Source: an uncultured Bifidobacteriaceae bacterium
Lineage (GTDB): Bacteria > Verrucomicrobiota > Verrucomicrobiia > Limisphaerales > JADLHS01
Length of the DNA: 53,269 nt
Direction: 5' to 3'
Assembly (NCBI GenBank): GCA_964574525.1
Contig: CAZNOE010000002.1
Coordinates: 1 to 53,269 of the forward strand
Shown here: positions 1 through 10,071 of the stretch, piece after piece
Position numbering within the stretch: the stretch's first letter is position 1
Layout of the letters: every line of letters starts with the position of its first letter
Translations under genes and position numbers: made by a program
The notes under the pieces: model-generated
The model's input: the letters and a program-made list of their open reading frames with translations, nothing else
Told to the model about the DNA's origin: nothing
Database searches by the model: none

Positions 1-366
1 CAGCACCCAATAGCTCATGTCAGGTTTGGTCGTCGTTCGGAGGGCGTAGGCTTGCGCGCCCAACTCACCAGCAGGTTTGCCGCCTTGGGCTGAAAGTGCG
101 GAAGCGACCGTCTTGTCTGTAGCGACTGCGAGGACGATCTTCTTGCCGGCACCGGCTTTGGCCAGCGCGGCGAGGTCGTGGATTTCGACCGTGTGCTTTC
201 GCTTTTCCAATGCGGCTTTGATGTCGCTGGCCGCAAAGGCGATCTGCGGCGTGGCTGGATCAAAGTAAAGCCGCACGGTCTCCGCCGACGAAAGGGCGGA
301 GAAACCGAGGAGCGCGAAGAGCATCCAGGCGGCGGTGGCGATGCGGGCGAAGGGCAAGGTTTTCAT
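1..366 (-). CDS. 5' part (122 codons; gene runs off the window start) of a secreted member of the expanded glycosidase-like family (paralog 1)
   Basis: ATG at 366-364. Hand translation MKTLPFARIATAAWMLFALLGFSALSSAETVR... ends ...PDMSYWVL at base 1. Ungapped ~89% nt identity to 2256-2621 (N-terminus of the next paralog). Absent from the ORF track because no stop lies inside the window. Confidence 0.8.
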   Translation of the reverse strand, partial: MKTLPFARIATAAWMLFALLGFSALSSAETVRLYFDPATPQIAFAASDIKAALEKRKHTVEIHDLAALAKAGAGKKIVLAVATDKTVASALSAQGGKPAGELGAQAYALRTTTKPDMSYWVL

Positions 367-422
367 TGGCAGTCTCATTTGCGGAAGCCTTCTTCGGTGC
401 CACCGCGCTCACCTCAGTCGCG
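367..422 (-). other. Decayed 3' tail of the 423..2621 gene (in-frame remnant ...GERGGTEEGFRK* behind two stop codons)
   Basis: Reading on in the frame of 423..2621 past its TAA (425-423) gives R D TGA(416-414) G E R G G T E E G F R K TGA(377-375). The tail matches the C-termini of the neighbours (RSGSEKGFRQ*, RSGTEAGFKK*). Confidence 0.55.
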
Positions 423-2621
423 TTATTGAGTTCCCTTGCAATCAGGTATTCCCTTGCCGCCCAAATCGGTGTATTCCCTCAAAACCGGCGCGTCGGCATA
501 CTTCCAGTCGGGAGCAATCGCCAAGTTTCTGAAGGAATCTGGTTTGTATGTCGCTTCCATGGAGCGGCTGTACGACATCCACCAGCAATAGGCCTTGGCC
601 ATTTCTTCGCGAGCCAACTCGGTCTTTTTAGCTTTCTTGTATGTCGCACCGCGGATTTTGTGCGCGTAATACGCGCTGAGATACGCCATCTGTTTGACAT
701 TGTTTATGGCGACTTCCAGGTCGGCATTCCCGCCGCTTTGCATGGTCTTGATCAAAGACAACGCCCGCTTGGCATCCGCCTGCATTTCATCGGCAACTTC
801 GTACGAAGATTTCTTGCCTTTGCATAGTCCCGCCGCCGAATCGGCGATATTGCAAAGAGACGACCCGTTGGCAACATCTTGACCCGCAAAACCACCTTTT
901 GCGCCAGCACCGTCATCAATGGTTCTAAAACCGGTGCATCTGCCCGGATCGCTCCAGCACCCTTCGGGATACCAGTGAAAATCCAACTTCCAATCGTTCA
1001 TGACGAGTTCGGTGACCTTGGGCAATGACCGCGAAGCCAGAGTCCACGCATTAAAAAGGTCTCCGGCTGAAACCGTGGGATAGCGGGTCGCCAGCAAATT
1101 CTTGAATACATCGTCACTCATGGCGGGATTGTAGGAAATCCGCCCCCACAACATTTCCATATACCAGCGCCGCTCGACTTCAAGCTGACCATTCAGGGAT
1201 TCATTTTTAAAAAGGCGGGCACGGCTGGGATTATACCCGTCAATCCCAATATACATGCCAACCACGGATTCCTTGAGCGGGATTCCGTCCATGAAATCGC
1301 GGACGAACTTGGGATCTCCCCAGCTCAAATAGAAGTAATCGTCATTGCGAAAGGTGAGCCACGTTTTCATGCCAAGCTGGTTGACGGTTTTGGGATCCGA
1401 AGACCATTTGGGCGTGGGGGTGGAGTACATGTGCGCCATCGCATATTTCGACGAAAAGTCGAAGGTGGCATTGGTCACGGACTTGATCGGCGCGTAGAAA
1501 GTGTTGACGATCTCTGGTTCAGTTTTAACGCCGCGATGAATCAGGTTGAACTGTCGGGACGGATTTTCCTTTAGATATTCCGTGACCGCCTTTCCGTAGG
1601 CATCCCATGACCACTGCGTGTTTTCCTCCTTGTTGCTGCCCATTCCATCTCCGGTCGTGATGCCAAATCCATCCAGCTCCGGATAGGTCTCCAAAAGTGC
1701 CCTCATGCTTTTGGACGTGTAGTCCATCGTGGTGGAGTTCGTCGGACTTTTTGTCAGGGCAGGATATTGTGTGCTCGCATAATCAACGTAGATGTTCCAG
1801 TTGAAGAGATAGAACTTCATGCCCCGGCTATGCGCATACTTCATCACATCCCGCCAGAACTTCACGCGTTGCTCGTGATTCAGCTCGATGATCGAACCGT
1901 CATATCTCTGGATGTTCGGCAAAGAAGCGTTTGGATAATCCGCCACTTTTACAAGCGCCGGGAAAGGGTGATGAACCCACACTGACAATAAATTGTAGCG
2001 GTTCCGCGCCTGCTGATCGATCAACGTCTTCCAAAACGTCATATCCCAGACATCCGGGATGGCATCCCGCGCCGAATGTGAACTCCATCCGCCGACGTAG
2101 GTGGGGATGCGTTTATCCAGCGGCAGGTTCAGTTTCATGCCCCGATACATCAAGAAGGGTGATTCCTCACTGTCATAGCTGCCACTCAATCCGTTGACAG
2201 AAATATTCTCAGCAATCTGCAATCCGCCATACATCACGCCCGTGGCATCTCCACCCAGCACCCAATAGCTCATGTCAGGTTTGGTCGTCGTTCGGAGGGC
2301 GTAGGCTTGCTCGCCCAAACTGGCCGCGGGTTTGCCGCCTTGGGCTGAAAGCGCGGAAGCGACCGTGTTGTCAGTGGCGACTGCGAGGACGATCTTCTTG
2401 CCAGCACCGGCTTTTGCCAGCGCGGCGAGATTGTGCGTCTCGACGGTGTGCTTTTGCTTTTCCAAGGCGGCTTTGATGTCGCCAGCGGCAAAGGCGATCT
2501 GCGGTGTGTTTGGATCAAAGTAAAGCCCGACGGTTTCCGCCGACGAAAGTGCGGAGAAACCAAGGAGCGCGAAAAGCATCCAAGCGGAAGTGGCGATGCG
2601 GGTGAAGGGCATGGTTTTCAT
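423..2621 (-). CDS. Secreted glycosidase-like family protein, paralog 2 (function unknown)
   Basis: ORF 423..2696 trimmed to ATG 2621 (MKTMPFTRIATSAWMLFALLGFSALSSA signal peptide); the longer ORF would overlap the upstream gene. Family motifs present: GDATGVMYGGLQIAE, YRGMKLNLPLD, RNRYNLLSVW, FNWNIY, GITTGDGMG, KYAMAHMYS, RNDDYFYLSWGDP, LWGRISYNP, YYAHKIRGA. Confidence 0.85.
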   Translation of the reverse strand: MKTMPFTRIATSAWMLFALLGFSALSSAETVGLYFDPNTPQIAFAAGDIKAALEKQKHTVETHNLAALAKAGAGKKIVLAVATDNTVASALSAQGGKPAASLGEQAYALRTTTKPDMSYWVLGGDATGVMYGGLQIAENISVNGLSGSYDSEESPFLMYRGMKLNLPLDKRIPTYVGGWSSHSARDAIPDVWDMTFWKTLIDQQARNRYNLLSVWVHHPFPALVKVADYPNASLPNIQRYDGSIIELNHEQRVKFWRDVMKYAHSRGMKFYLFNWNIYVDYASTQYPALTKSPTNSTTMDYTSKSMRALLETYPELDGFGITTGDGMGSNKEENTQWSWDAYGKAVTEYLKENPSRQFNLIHRGVKTEPEIVNTFYAPIKSVTNATFDFSSKYAMAHMYSTPTPKWSSDPKTVNQLGMKTWLTFRNDDYFYLSWGDPKFVRDFMDGIPLKESVVGMYIGIDGYNPSRARLFKNESLNGQLEVERRWYMEMLWGRISYNPAMSDDVFKNLLATRYPTVSAGDLFNAWTLASRSLPKVTELVMNDWKLDFHWYPEGCWSDPGRCTGFRTIDDGAGAKGGFAGQDVANGSSLCNIADSAAGLCKGKKSSYEVADEMQADAKRALSLIKTMQSGGNADLEVAINNVKQMAYLSAYYAHKIRGATYKKAKKTELAREEMAKAYCWWMSYSRSMEATYKPDSFRNLAIAPDWKYADAPVLREYTDLGGKGIPDCKGTQ

Positions 2622-2629
2622 TTGCAGTC

Positions 2630-4843
2630 TCATTGGCGGAAGCCTTTCTCGGAGCCGGAGCGTTTGCCGTCGTCTTGGAGGCTGCCCGGCTTCCACTGGC
2701 GGGCGATCTCGATGTCGGCAGCGACCTTTTCCGTCAACTCAGTCACATTCACATAGCCGACACGGTTGTAGAGAGCCGGCACATAATGGGCGTCGCGAAT
2801 GGCCGCATATCGCTTCCAGTGAGCATGGGCGTCACCGAGATGGCGCAAAGCCGCCTCGTGTTCGAACTTGTCGCCGTTCACGTCAAACAGCGCCAGCGCA
2901 CAGGCGCCGCGAATCTTGGACGCATAGTAGCGGCCCAGCCAGGCTAGGGCTTCGCAGTCGGTGACGTTTTTCCGGAGTTCGGAGTCTCCCTTGGCCGCTT
3001 CGCGAAGCGGGTCGAGCGCGGCGAAAGTTTCCGCTGCCGCGCCGTCGAGGGCTTCGGCGATTTCGAGCGGTGTGGTTTCCGTCATCTGCTGGCGGGCGGT
3101 GAGGCGAGCGCGCCAGTCGCGAATGCACAGCACCTCCGAGCCCGGCATGGTGATGCCTTCCATGAAATGGCGCACGGTGTAAAAGCCCTTGCTCCTCCGA
3201 TGGCTCAGGCAGGCCTCGGGATACCATTTGAGGTCAATGTCCCCCCAGAAAAAACGCGTGGCCAGCGGCATGACCTGCGACGCACCTTGCAGAGCGCGGA
3301 AGAGATGCGGAGATGAAGCCTTGGGATGGCGGGCGGCGAGGACTTTCTCGAAATGGGAATCCGGCAGCGAGGGATCGTAGGCCAGCCGGCCCCAGAGCAT
3401 GAACGAATACCATTGCTTCTCCATCACCAGCGGGCGCTTGCCGGAATCAGGATTGCGCTCCAGGAAATCGCGGCCCCAGGTATATCCATCCGGCCCCATG
3501 TAAAATCCTGCGATTTTTTCAGCAGGGGGAATGTTGAGGATGTATTCGCGGGCGTAGGCGGGATCGCCGAAGCGGAAAGTGTAGATGTCGTCATTGCGCA
3601 CGGTGAGCCAGGTTTTCAATCCGGGCGCGATATTTTCCAGCAGCGGCTGAATGAATGGCGGTTTCGTGATCGAATACATGTGCGCCACCGAGTATTTGAA
3701 ACTGAAATCAAAAGTTCCCGGGTAGTCTTTGAAGGCGTCGAGGATGTCGCTTTGCGCCGTCCAGTGGAAGCGATGGATCATGTTGAACTTGCGCTTGGGA
3801 TCATCCTTCAACGCATCGCGCACGCCCTCGCCGTAGGTGTCCCACAGCCAGGCTTCCTTGACCTTGGAATCCATGTTATGCGGCATACCCTCGCCGGCGG
3901 TAATGCCCATGCCGGCGAGCAACGGGTAGGTCTTCACCGTCTCGCGCACAGTGGCGCGGAAATACTTTTTCGTGATCTCGTTGCCTAGATCGTCTGTGAT
4001 GCCGTGCTTGCCCTCGGCACCGAAGGTGAAGACGTTCCATGTGAAAATATAGATCTGAATGCCGCGGTCGGCGGCCTGCTGCATGACCCAGCGCCAGAAC
4101 TCAATCTTCTCGTCAATCGTCATGCGCTTCACCACCTCGTGGTTGGCGAGCATTTCCGGCCGAACAAAGCCGACGCCAGAGAAACTGAAGTTATCATCCA
4201 GCTTGGCACGGGTGCGCCAAACGTCGTTGAGTGCGACATCGGGAAACTCAGGAACTTTCACCAGTGATGGGAATGGGTGAAGACTCCAAAGCGAGAGCAC
4301 ATTGTAGCGATGGCGCGCCATGGAATCGAGGTAGTTGATCCAGAAATCCTTTTCCCACACCTCGGGGATGTTTGCTTGGGCGGAATCGGAGGTGTCCGTG
4401 TAGCTTGGCGTGCGCAGGTCGAGCGGGATGTTGAACTTGATGCCGCGTTTCGCGATGTGGGGTTTCTGGTCGGCATCCTTCAGCGCGTCGAGCGTGCCCG
4501 TGCGAATCGCCTCCGCAATGTCCAGCCCGCCATACATCGCGCCGGCCGCATCGGCCCCGCGCACCGTGATGGCGCGACGCCCGCCCTCGTTCTGCACGCG
4601 AATGCCATAGCTCTGCGCAGCGGCGTTGCCGCCCTGTTCAACGGTAATGGAAATTCGCGTCGCCTTTGCGTCATCGCCCAAAGTCATGCCTTTGGCTGCG
4701 GCTTCACGGCGGATTTCCTCGGCTGCAAACTTTCCCGGGCCGGCAGAAGCCGCGTCGAGAGAGAGCGTGAGGGTTTGGGCCGCGAAGGCTGACGCGGACA
4801 GGCCGCACAGCAGCGCGCAAAGTAAGGTGGTGGTCTTTTTCAT
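2630..4843 (-). CDS. Secreted glycosidase-like family protein, paralog 3
   Basis: 737-aa ORF with signal peptide MKKTTTLLCALLCGLSASAFA. Motifs GADAAGAMYGGLDIAEAI, KRGIKFNIPLD, RHRYNVLSLWSLHPFPSLVKV, FTWNVF, GITAGEGMP, KYSVAHMYS, RNDDIYTFRFGDP, FYMGPDGYTWGR, LWGRLAYDP, YYASKIRGA. Confidence 0.9.
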   Translation of the reverse strand: MKKTTTLLCALLCGLSASAFAAQTLTLSLDAASAGPGKFAAEEIRREAAAKGMTLGDDAKATRISITVEQGGNAAAQSYGIRVQNEGGRRAITVRGADAAGAMYGGLDIAEAIRTGTLDALKDADQKPHIAKRGIKFNIPLDLRTPSYTDTSDSAQANIPEVWEKDFWINYLDSMARHRYNVLSLWSLHPFPSLVKVPEFPDVALNDVWRTRAKLDDNFSFSGVGFVRPEMLANHEVVKRMTIDEKIEFWRWVMQQAADRGIQIYIFTWNVFTFGAEGKHGITDDLGNEITKKYFRATVRETVKTYPLLAGMGITAGEGMPHNMDSKVKEAWLWDTYGEGVRDALKDDPKRKFNMIHRFHWTAQSDILDAFKDYPGTFDFSFKYSVAHMYSITKPPFIQPLLENIAPGLKTWLTVRNDDIYTFRFGDPAYAREYILNIPPAEKIAGFYMGPDGYTWGRDFLERNPDSGKRPLVMEKQWYSFMLWGRLAYDPSLPDSHFEKVLAARHPKASSPHLFRALQGASQVMPLATRFFWGDIDLKWYPEACLSHRRSKGFYTVRHFMEGITMPGSEVLCIRDWRARLTARQQMTETTPLEIAEALDGAAAETFAALDPLREAAKGDSELRKNVTDCEALAWLGRYYASKIRGACALALFDVNGDKFEHEAALRHLGDAHAHWKRYAAIRDAHYVPALYNRVGYVNVTELTEKVAADIEIARQWKPGSLQDDGKRSGSEKGFRQ

Positions 4844-4872
4844 AGTGCTGAATAATATACGGGTGTCTCAAC

Positions 4873-7065
4873 TCACTTCTTGAACCCAGCCTCCGTGCCG
4901 GAGCGCTTGATCTGGACTTCATCAATGGAGCCGGGCTTCCAGTCGCGTGCCATCTGCACGTCGGCGGCGACGTCTTCGGTTTGCTTGGGAAGGTCCACCA
5001 AGCCGGCGCGGTTGAAGAGGACGGGCTGAACATATTGGCGAGTGTAGGCGGCGACGTAATTTTTCCAGTGGTCCAGGGCCGCTTCGAGATGCTGCACGGC
5101 GGAAGTCTGTTGTTTGGTGTCGCCTGATTTGTCGAAGAGCGCGAGGTCGCAGGCACCGCGAATCTTCGACGCGTAATAACGCCCGAGATGCGACATGGCT
5201 TCGATGTCGCCGAGTGTGGCGGTGTATTCCTTGGCGCTGGCAGCAGGCGTGATGGTGGCGCCCCGAAGCCCGGGCAACGCTTGAAGCGCCCTAGTGGCGT
5301 TGGCATCCAGAGTCGCGGCGATCTCCAGCGGCGTCACGCCTTGCGGCATCTGCTTTGCCAGCAGGCCCGTGCGCCACTGGATGATGTTTAGCACGCCGGC
5401 CCCGGGCATCGTGCCGCCTTCGACGAAATTGCGCACTGTGTGGAAGCCGTCTCTCCTCCGACAGGCTTCGGGAAACCACTTGACGTCAATATCGCCCCAA
5501 AAGAAACGCGTAATGTAGGGAAACGTCTTTGAAGCATCCGCCCACGCGGCGGTGAGTCGGGCAGTATCAGAGCCAGGGAAACGTGCGGCGGTGAGACGCT
5601 CGAAAGTCGCCGCGGGCAGGTCGGGTTCATAGGCGAGGCGACCCCACAGGGCAAAGGACAGCCATTGTTTTTGCATGACGGTCTGGCGCGGGCCATCGGG
5701 GTTCTTGGTGATGAAATCCCGCCCCCAGTGATAACCGTCGGGGCCCATATAGAAGCCGGCGATCTTGTCCTCGCCCGGGATGGCCTTGATGAAGGCGCGG
5801 GCGTAGTCCACGTCGGCCCAACGGAAGCTGTGAATGTCGTCATTGCGGATCGTAAGCCAACTGCGGAGTTTGGGACTGAGCAAGGGCAGCACCGGCTTGA
5901 TCATGCTGGGGTTGGGCACGGAATACATGTGGGCGATCGCGTATTTGTAACTGAGGTCGAGCGGACACGGAAGTTCAGCAAACTCGGTTTGAATTTCGCT
6001 CAAGCCGGCCATGTGGAAGCGATGAATGAGCCGGAACTTTCGGTCGGGAGTGTCCTTCAAGCCATCCCGAATACCCTCGCCGTAGGTTTGCCAGAGCCAT
6101 TGTTCCTTGGAGACTTCCTTGAATTCGTTTTCCGGCATGACTTCGCCGGCGGTGATGCCCATGCCAGCCAGCAGCGGATAGGTCTTGATGGTCTCCCGCA
6201 CCGCAGCGCGGTAATACTCGATCGTGCGAGGGGCCGTCTTGTCACTCGTGATTCCATCTTTGCCTTCCAGCGGACCAATAAACGCGTTCCAAGTGAACCA
6301 ATAGACGTCCACGCCGCGGTCCTTCGCCATCTGCATGACCTCGCGCAGGAACTGGATTTTCTCATCTATCGTCATCTTCTTCACGACGATGATCTCCTCC
6401 TTGTTCGCGCTGGCAGTGTGCACATCCGCCAAGGCAACACTCGGGAACTCCGGTACCTTCACGATGCTTGGGAAAGGATTCATGCTCCACCACGAGATGA
6501 GGTTGTAGCGATGGCGGGCCATGTCATCAAACTGCTCGCGCCAAAAATCCTTGCTCCACATTTCGGCGACGTTAAGCCGCGCGGAATCCGGCCACTCGCG
6601 CTGGGTGTAGGTGGGCGTGCGCACATCGAGCGGGATGTTGAACTTGATGCCGCGCTGCTTGATGTAAGGCGTGTTGTCAGAGTTCTTCAGCGTGTCGAAC
6701 GTGCCCGTGCGAATTGCCTCCGCGATGTCGAGCCCGCCATACATTGCGCCAGCGGCATCGGCTCCGCGCACCGCGATGACGCGACGCCCGCCCTCGTTCT
6801 GCACGCGAATGCTGTAGCTCTGAGCAACGGCATCGCCGTCCTTTCCGACGGTGATTGCGATGCGGGTCGCGTCAGCGGGCGCTTTCGCGTCGGCGCCGGT
6901 GACACTCATGCCCCGCGCCGCAGCCTCGCGGCGGATTTCCTCGCCGGCAAATTTCCCCGGCCCGGCGGCAGCCGGGTCGAGCGTGAGCAATAGAGTCTGC
7001 GCGGCGAAGGCCGAGCCAGACAAGGCGCAGAACAGCGCGCAGATTAAGAGACTATTCATTTTCAT
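4873..7065 (-). CDS. Secreted glycosidase-like family protein, paralog 4
   Basis: 730-aa ORF with signal peptide MKMNSLLICALFCALSGSAFA. Same motif series as 2630..4843 and clearly its closest relative in the window. Confidence 0.9.
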   Translation of the reverse strand: MKMNSLLICALFCALSGSAFAAQTLLLTLDPAAAGPGKFAGEEIRREAAARGMSVTGADAKAPADATRIAITVGKDGDAVAQSYSIRVQNEGGRRVIAVRGADAAGAMYGGLDIAEAIRTGTFDTLKNSDNTPYIKQRGIKFNIPLDVRTPTYTQREWPDSARLNVAEMWSKDFWREQFDDMARHRYNLISWWSMNPFPSIVKVPEFPSVALADVHTASANKEEIIVVKKMTIDEKIQFLREVMQMAKDRGVDVYWFTWNAFIGPLEGKDGITSDKTAPRTIEYYRAAVRETIKTYPLLAGMGITAGEVMPENEFKEVSKEQWLWQTYGEGIRDGLKDTPDRKFRLIHRFHMAGLSEIQTEFAELPCPLDLSYKYAIAHMYSVPNPSMIKPVLPLLSPKLRSWLTIRNDDIHSFRWADVDYARAFIKAIPGEDKIAGFYMGPDGYHWGRDFITKNPDGPRQTVMQKQWLSFALWGRLAYEPDLPAATFERLTAARFPGSDTARLTAAWADASKTFPYITRFFWGDIDVKWFPEACRRRDGFHTVRNFVEGGTMPGAGVLNIIQWRTGLLAKQMPQGVTPLEIAATLDANATRALQALPGLRGATITPAASAKEYTATLGDIEAMSHLGRYYASKIRGACDLALFDKSGDTKQQTSAVQHLEAALDHWKNYVAAYTRQYVQPVLFNRAGLVDLPKQTEDVAADVQMARDWKPGSIDEVQIKRSGTEAGFKK

Positions 7066-7104
7066 ATATGTTGTGAGGAATGCCGGAGGGCCAATGACAT
7101 GCTC

Positions 7105-8685
7105 TCAATCCAGCGGTTGTTTTTCGAAATCCGATTCTTCCACCCAACCAGCCTTCAATTTCTCGCCCCTCATGTAGCGCTCGTGGAAGTTCCGCTGGCC
7201 GGCGTTGGCGTAAGGGTATTGCTCGAACACCTCGCCCCGTCCGTACATCCTTGGGTCCTCTTGCGCCTTGAGTTCGCTGACCATTTGCTGCTCCAGTTCG
7301 CGCTTGCGATCGGCGAATGACGGGTCAGTGGCCAGGTTGCTCACACAGTCCGGATCCCGCTTCAGGTCGTAAAGTTCTTCCGAGAGACGCTTGCCGAAAC
7401 AGAGCGCCCAATGCGGATCGGCCATGTTCTTGCGGTGGGCGTCTAGGATGAAGGTCTTCGTGGCACCGGCGTCGCAGTTGAGATAGCCGGTTTCGGGGTT
7501 GCCCGCAGGCCAGCGGTTCGTCTCGTAGTTCCGGACGTAAAGCAGGTCGCCCTTGATGATGCCGCGAATCGGGTAGCCCCAATCGTGTGGGCGGCCGACA
7601 TCATGCCGTTCTTTGCCAATCAGGACGTGGTCGCGCGCCGGGTTCAAGGTACCGGTCTTTTCGGAGAACAGTATGTCCGTGAGACTGCGCCCGGCGGCGG
7701 CGGGCATGCCGGTTTGCGCCCATTTCAATCCTGCCAGCTCGATGAAAGTGGGGGCGAGGTCAATGAAACTCACGATGTCGCGCACCTTGCGGCCCGGCTG
7801 CTTCAGCCCGTTCTTCCACATCATCGCCAGCGGGATGTGATTGGACGGTTCGTAGGCCTGGCCTTTGACCCGCGGGAACGGCATGCCGTGATCGGACGTA
7901 ACCACCACCAGGGTGTTGTCGAGCAGGCCGCGCTTCTCCAACTCGGCGAGCATCCGGCCAAGATGCCGGTCGAAATGCTCCACCTCGAAGGCGTAGTCCA
8001 GCATGTCGTTCCGGACCGTTTCGTTATCGGGCCAGCAGGCGGGTACGCGGTCCACATCGGTGGTCTTCTTGCCGCCTTTCGTCACGCCGGAGCCGTACTC
8101 ATAGCCACGATGCGGCTCGAGCGCACCATACCAGAAGCACCACGGCTTGCCCTTGGGAGCGGCGTCCAGGAAGTCGGTGAAGTTCGCGGCGTAGTCGCTC
8201 GGCCCAATCCCGGAGGCGGACGGTTTCGCGGTGCGGGCATTGAACGCCTTGCCAGTCATCTGGCGCGGCTTGCCGACGGTGTTCGTGGCGATGCCGGGCG
8301 CCCAGCCTTTCGTGGTATGACCGGCGAACCAACCCTGCTCGTCGAGCGCCTCGAAGAAGGTTTTGAACTCGGGTGGAAAGTACGGGACGTGGTTCGCCGC
8401 CGCCTTGAGCTGCCACGAGTTGCGACCGGTAAGAATACAGGCCCGGGACGGCGCACACTTGGCATTCGGCGTGTAGGCGTGCGAGAAGAGAATGCCCTGG
8501 TCCGCGACCCGGTCGAACGCCGGCGTTTTGACCCACTTGCAACCGTAAGCGCCAGCGTGGCCATAGCCCCAATCGTCGGCGATGGCAAAGAGGATGTTGA
8601 GACGTGGGTGCTCGCCCGCCCCGACCGTGAGAGATGACCAGGCGAGCGCCCCCAGCAGCAACGACAAAAGTGATTTCGATTTCAT
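7105..8685 (-). CDS. Formylglycine-dependent sulfatase (arylsulfatase-type, S1 family), secreted
   Basis: ORF 7105..8880 trimmed to ATG 8685 ([23 protein letters not shown] signal). Contains [12 protein letters not shown] (C-x-P-x-R formylglycine motif), ADDWGYG near the N-terminus and [11 protein letters not shown]. The start overlaps the upstream stop as ATGA (8682-8685). Confidence 0.9.
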   Translation of the reverse strand: MKSKSLLSLLLGALAWSSLTVGAGEHPRLNILFAIADDWGYGHAGAYGCKWVKTPAFDRVADQGILFSHAYTPNAKCAPSRACILTGRNSWQLKAAANHVPYFPPEFKTFFEALDEQGWFAGHTTKGWAPGIATNTVGKPRQMTGKAFNARTAKPSASGIGPSDYAANFTDFLDAAPKGKPWCFWYGALEPHRGYEYGSGVTKGGKKTTDVDRVPACWPDNETVRNDMLDYAFEVEHFDRHLGRMLAELEKRGLLDNTLVVVTSDHGMPFPRVKGQAYEPSNHIPLAMMWKNGLKQPGRKVRDIVSFIDLAPTFIELAGLKWAQTGMPAAAGRSLTDILFSEKTGTLNPARDHVLIGKERHDVGRPHDWGYPIRGIIKGDLLYVRNYETNRWPAGNPETGYLNCDAGATKTFILDAHRKNMADPHWALCFGKRLSEELYDLKRDPDCVSNLATDPSFADRKRELEQQMVSELKAQEDPRMYGRGEVFEQYPYANAGQRNFHERYMRGEKLKAGWVEESDFEKQPLD

Positions 8686-10010
8686 CCGAGGGACCAAGGT
8701 TTGCGGTATTCGCGGCCCAGCAGCTTGCTGGCTTCGGTGTCGCCGATAATGACTTCGCGCTGCGCGTCCCATCGGATCTTGCGCCCGGTCCACATGGCGA
8801 TCAAACCGAGGTGGCCGGGCACTGCCGAATGATGCGCCGTCTCGACCGGCGTGATGGTGGGCTTTCGGGACTTCACGCAATCGAGGAAGTTGCGCTGGTG
8901 CCCCGGGGACTCGTAGAGCTTCACCTTGCGCTGCTCGTCCGGCAGTGAAGTCATTTCAGTCCAGGCCTCGTTCGGGGCGCTGAAGGCACCGCGCGTCACA
9001 TGCACCCAGCCGTCCGTGCCGATCCATTTCGTGCCGCCTTTGATGTCGGGATATCCACCCGCAATGACCATTTCGATGTTGTTCGGGTATTTCAGGTTGA
9101 GGCGGTACTTGGTGCAAGTATTCCACACGGCGTCCTTCGGCGGGAATTCGCCAACGCCCTCGATCTCGCTTGGGCCGTTGTCATCGAAACCCAAACCCCA
9201 GTGCGCGATATCCACGTGATGCCCCACCCAGTCGAGCAACTGCCCGCCACCGGTGTTGTAGTTCCAGCGCCAGTTTTTGTGTACCTGGCATTCCCGGTAA
9301 GGCATCACCTGTGACGGCCCGATCCAGGTCTCGTAATCCAGCTCGACCGGTGGCGCGGTGATTTGGTTCTTGTCCTTCGTCTTGGCGAAATCGTTGTGCC
9401 CGGCAGGCAGGCCGACTTCCACCCGCGTGATCTTGCCGATCAATCCATTGCGGACGATTTCCGCCGCCTTGTGAAAGTTTCGCTGCGATCGCTGCCACGA
9501 GCCGGTCTGCCAGATCCGTTGGTTTTGCTGCACGGCCTTCACCATCGCCTGCTGCTCCGCAATGGTCCGGGCGAGCGGCTTTTCGCCAAAGATATCCTTC
9601 TTGTTCCGGGCCGCCTCGACCGCCGCCAGGCAATGCCAGTGATCCGGCGTCGCCATCATCACCGCATCAATGTCCGGGCGGGCACACAAATCGCGATAAT
9701 CGGCATAAGCTTTGCAATCCTGGTTCTTGTAATGGCCGTTGACCTTCTGCACGGCGTTGGACAGATGCGTCCTGTCCACGTCGCAGACCGCCACGACTTG
9801 ACAATCCGTCTCACGCAGAAACGCGCCCAGGTTCGATCCGCCCTGCCAACCGCAGCCGATCATGCCCAAGGTGATGCGATTGGACGGCGCCGGTTTGCCA
9901 GCCTGCCCAAACACGCTGGACGGGAGAATGGTGGGCGCGGCCACCGCCAAGGCAGCGGTGGCGAGAAACTGGCGACGATTGAAGCGAACTGAGTCTGGTT
10001 TTGTTTTCAT
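8682..10010 (-). CDS. Gfo/Idh/MocA-family NAD(P)-dependent oxidoreductase with twin-arginine (Tat) signal
   Basis: N-terminus [26 protein letters not shown] (RRxFL Tat motif). Rossmann motif [11 protein letters not shown], plus ATPDHWH and GEKPLA typical of the family. Confidence 0.85.
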   Translation of the reverse strand: MKTKPDSVRFNRRQFLATAALAVAAPTILPSSVFGQAGKPAPSNRITLGMIGCGWQGGSNLGAFLRETDCQVVAVCDVDRTHLSNAVQKVNGHYKNQDCKAYADYRDLCARPDIDAVMMATPDHWHCLAAVEAARNKKDIFGEKPLARTIAEQQAMVKAVQQNQRIWQTGSWQRSQRNFHKAAEIVRNGLIGKITRVEVGLPAGHNDFAKTKDKNQITAPPVELDYETWIGPSQVMPYRECQVHKNWRWNYNTGGGQLLDWVGHHVDIAHWGLGFDDNGPSEIEGVGEFPPKDAVWNTCTKYRLNLKYPNNIEMVIAGGYPDIKGGTKWIGTDGWVHVTRGAFSAPNEAWTEMTSLPDEQRKVKLYESPGHQRNFLDCVKSRKPTITPVETAHHSAVPGHLGLIAMWTGRKIRWDAQREVIIGDTEASKLLGREYRKPWSLG

Positions 10011-10071
10011 ATCTGGTCGGTTCGTTTGCTGGTTGAATCTGTCTTTGTCGGCGCGCCCGGCGAGGCCGGTT

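Noticed and set aside
2622-2696. N-terminal extensions implied by the longest-ORF coordinates: 2696, 8880, 14197, 19731, 21094, 21217, 22644, 25942, 30957, 32652, 36481, 40844, 42178, 44872, 46812, 49837.
   Set aside because: The extensions overlap the upstream gene or the conserved non-coding leader. They are Arg-rich and lack homology, and several 'M' starts in the track are actually TTG/GTG. Internal starts give proper signal peptides and compact or overlapping junctions.
5665-6993. Long antisense ORFs in the track, e.g. 5665-6993(+), 7585-8637(+), 11966-13270(+), 20138-21241(+), 22806-23834(-), 28588-29745(+), 31783-32694(+), 35438-36487(+), 37558-38700(+), 40829-42040(+), 43304-44422(+), 47219-48190(+), 48626-49624(+).
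   Set aside because: Each lies entirely opposite a gene with strong family motifs. Each has Arg/Gly/Ala/Pro-rich, motif-free composition typical of shadow ORFs in GC-rich DNA, and none has a signal peptide or recognisable domain.
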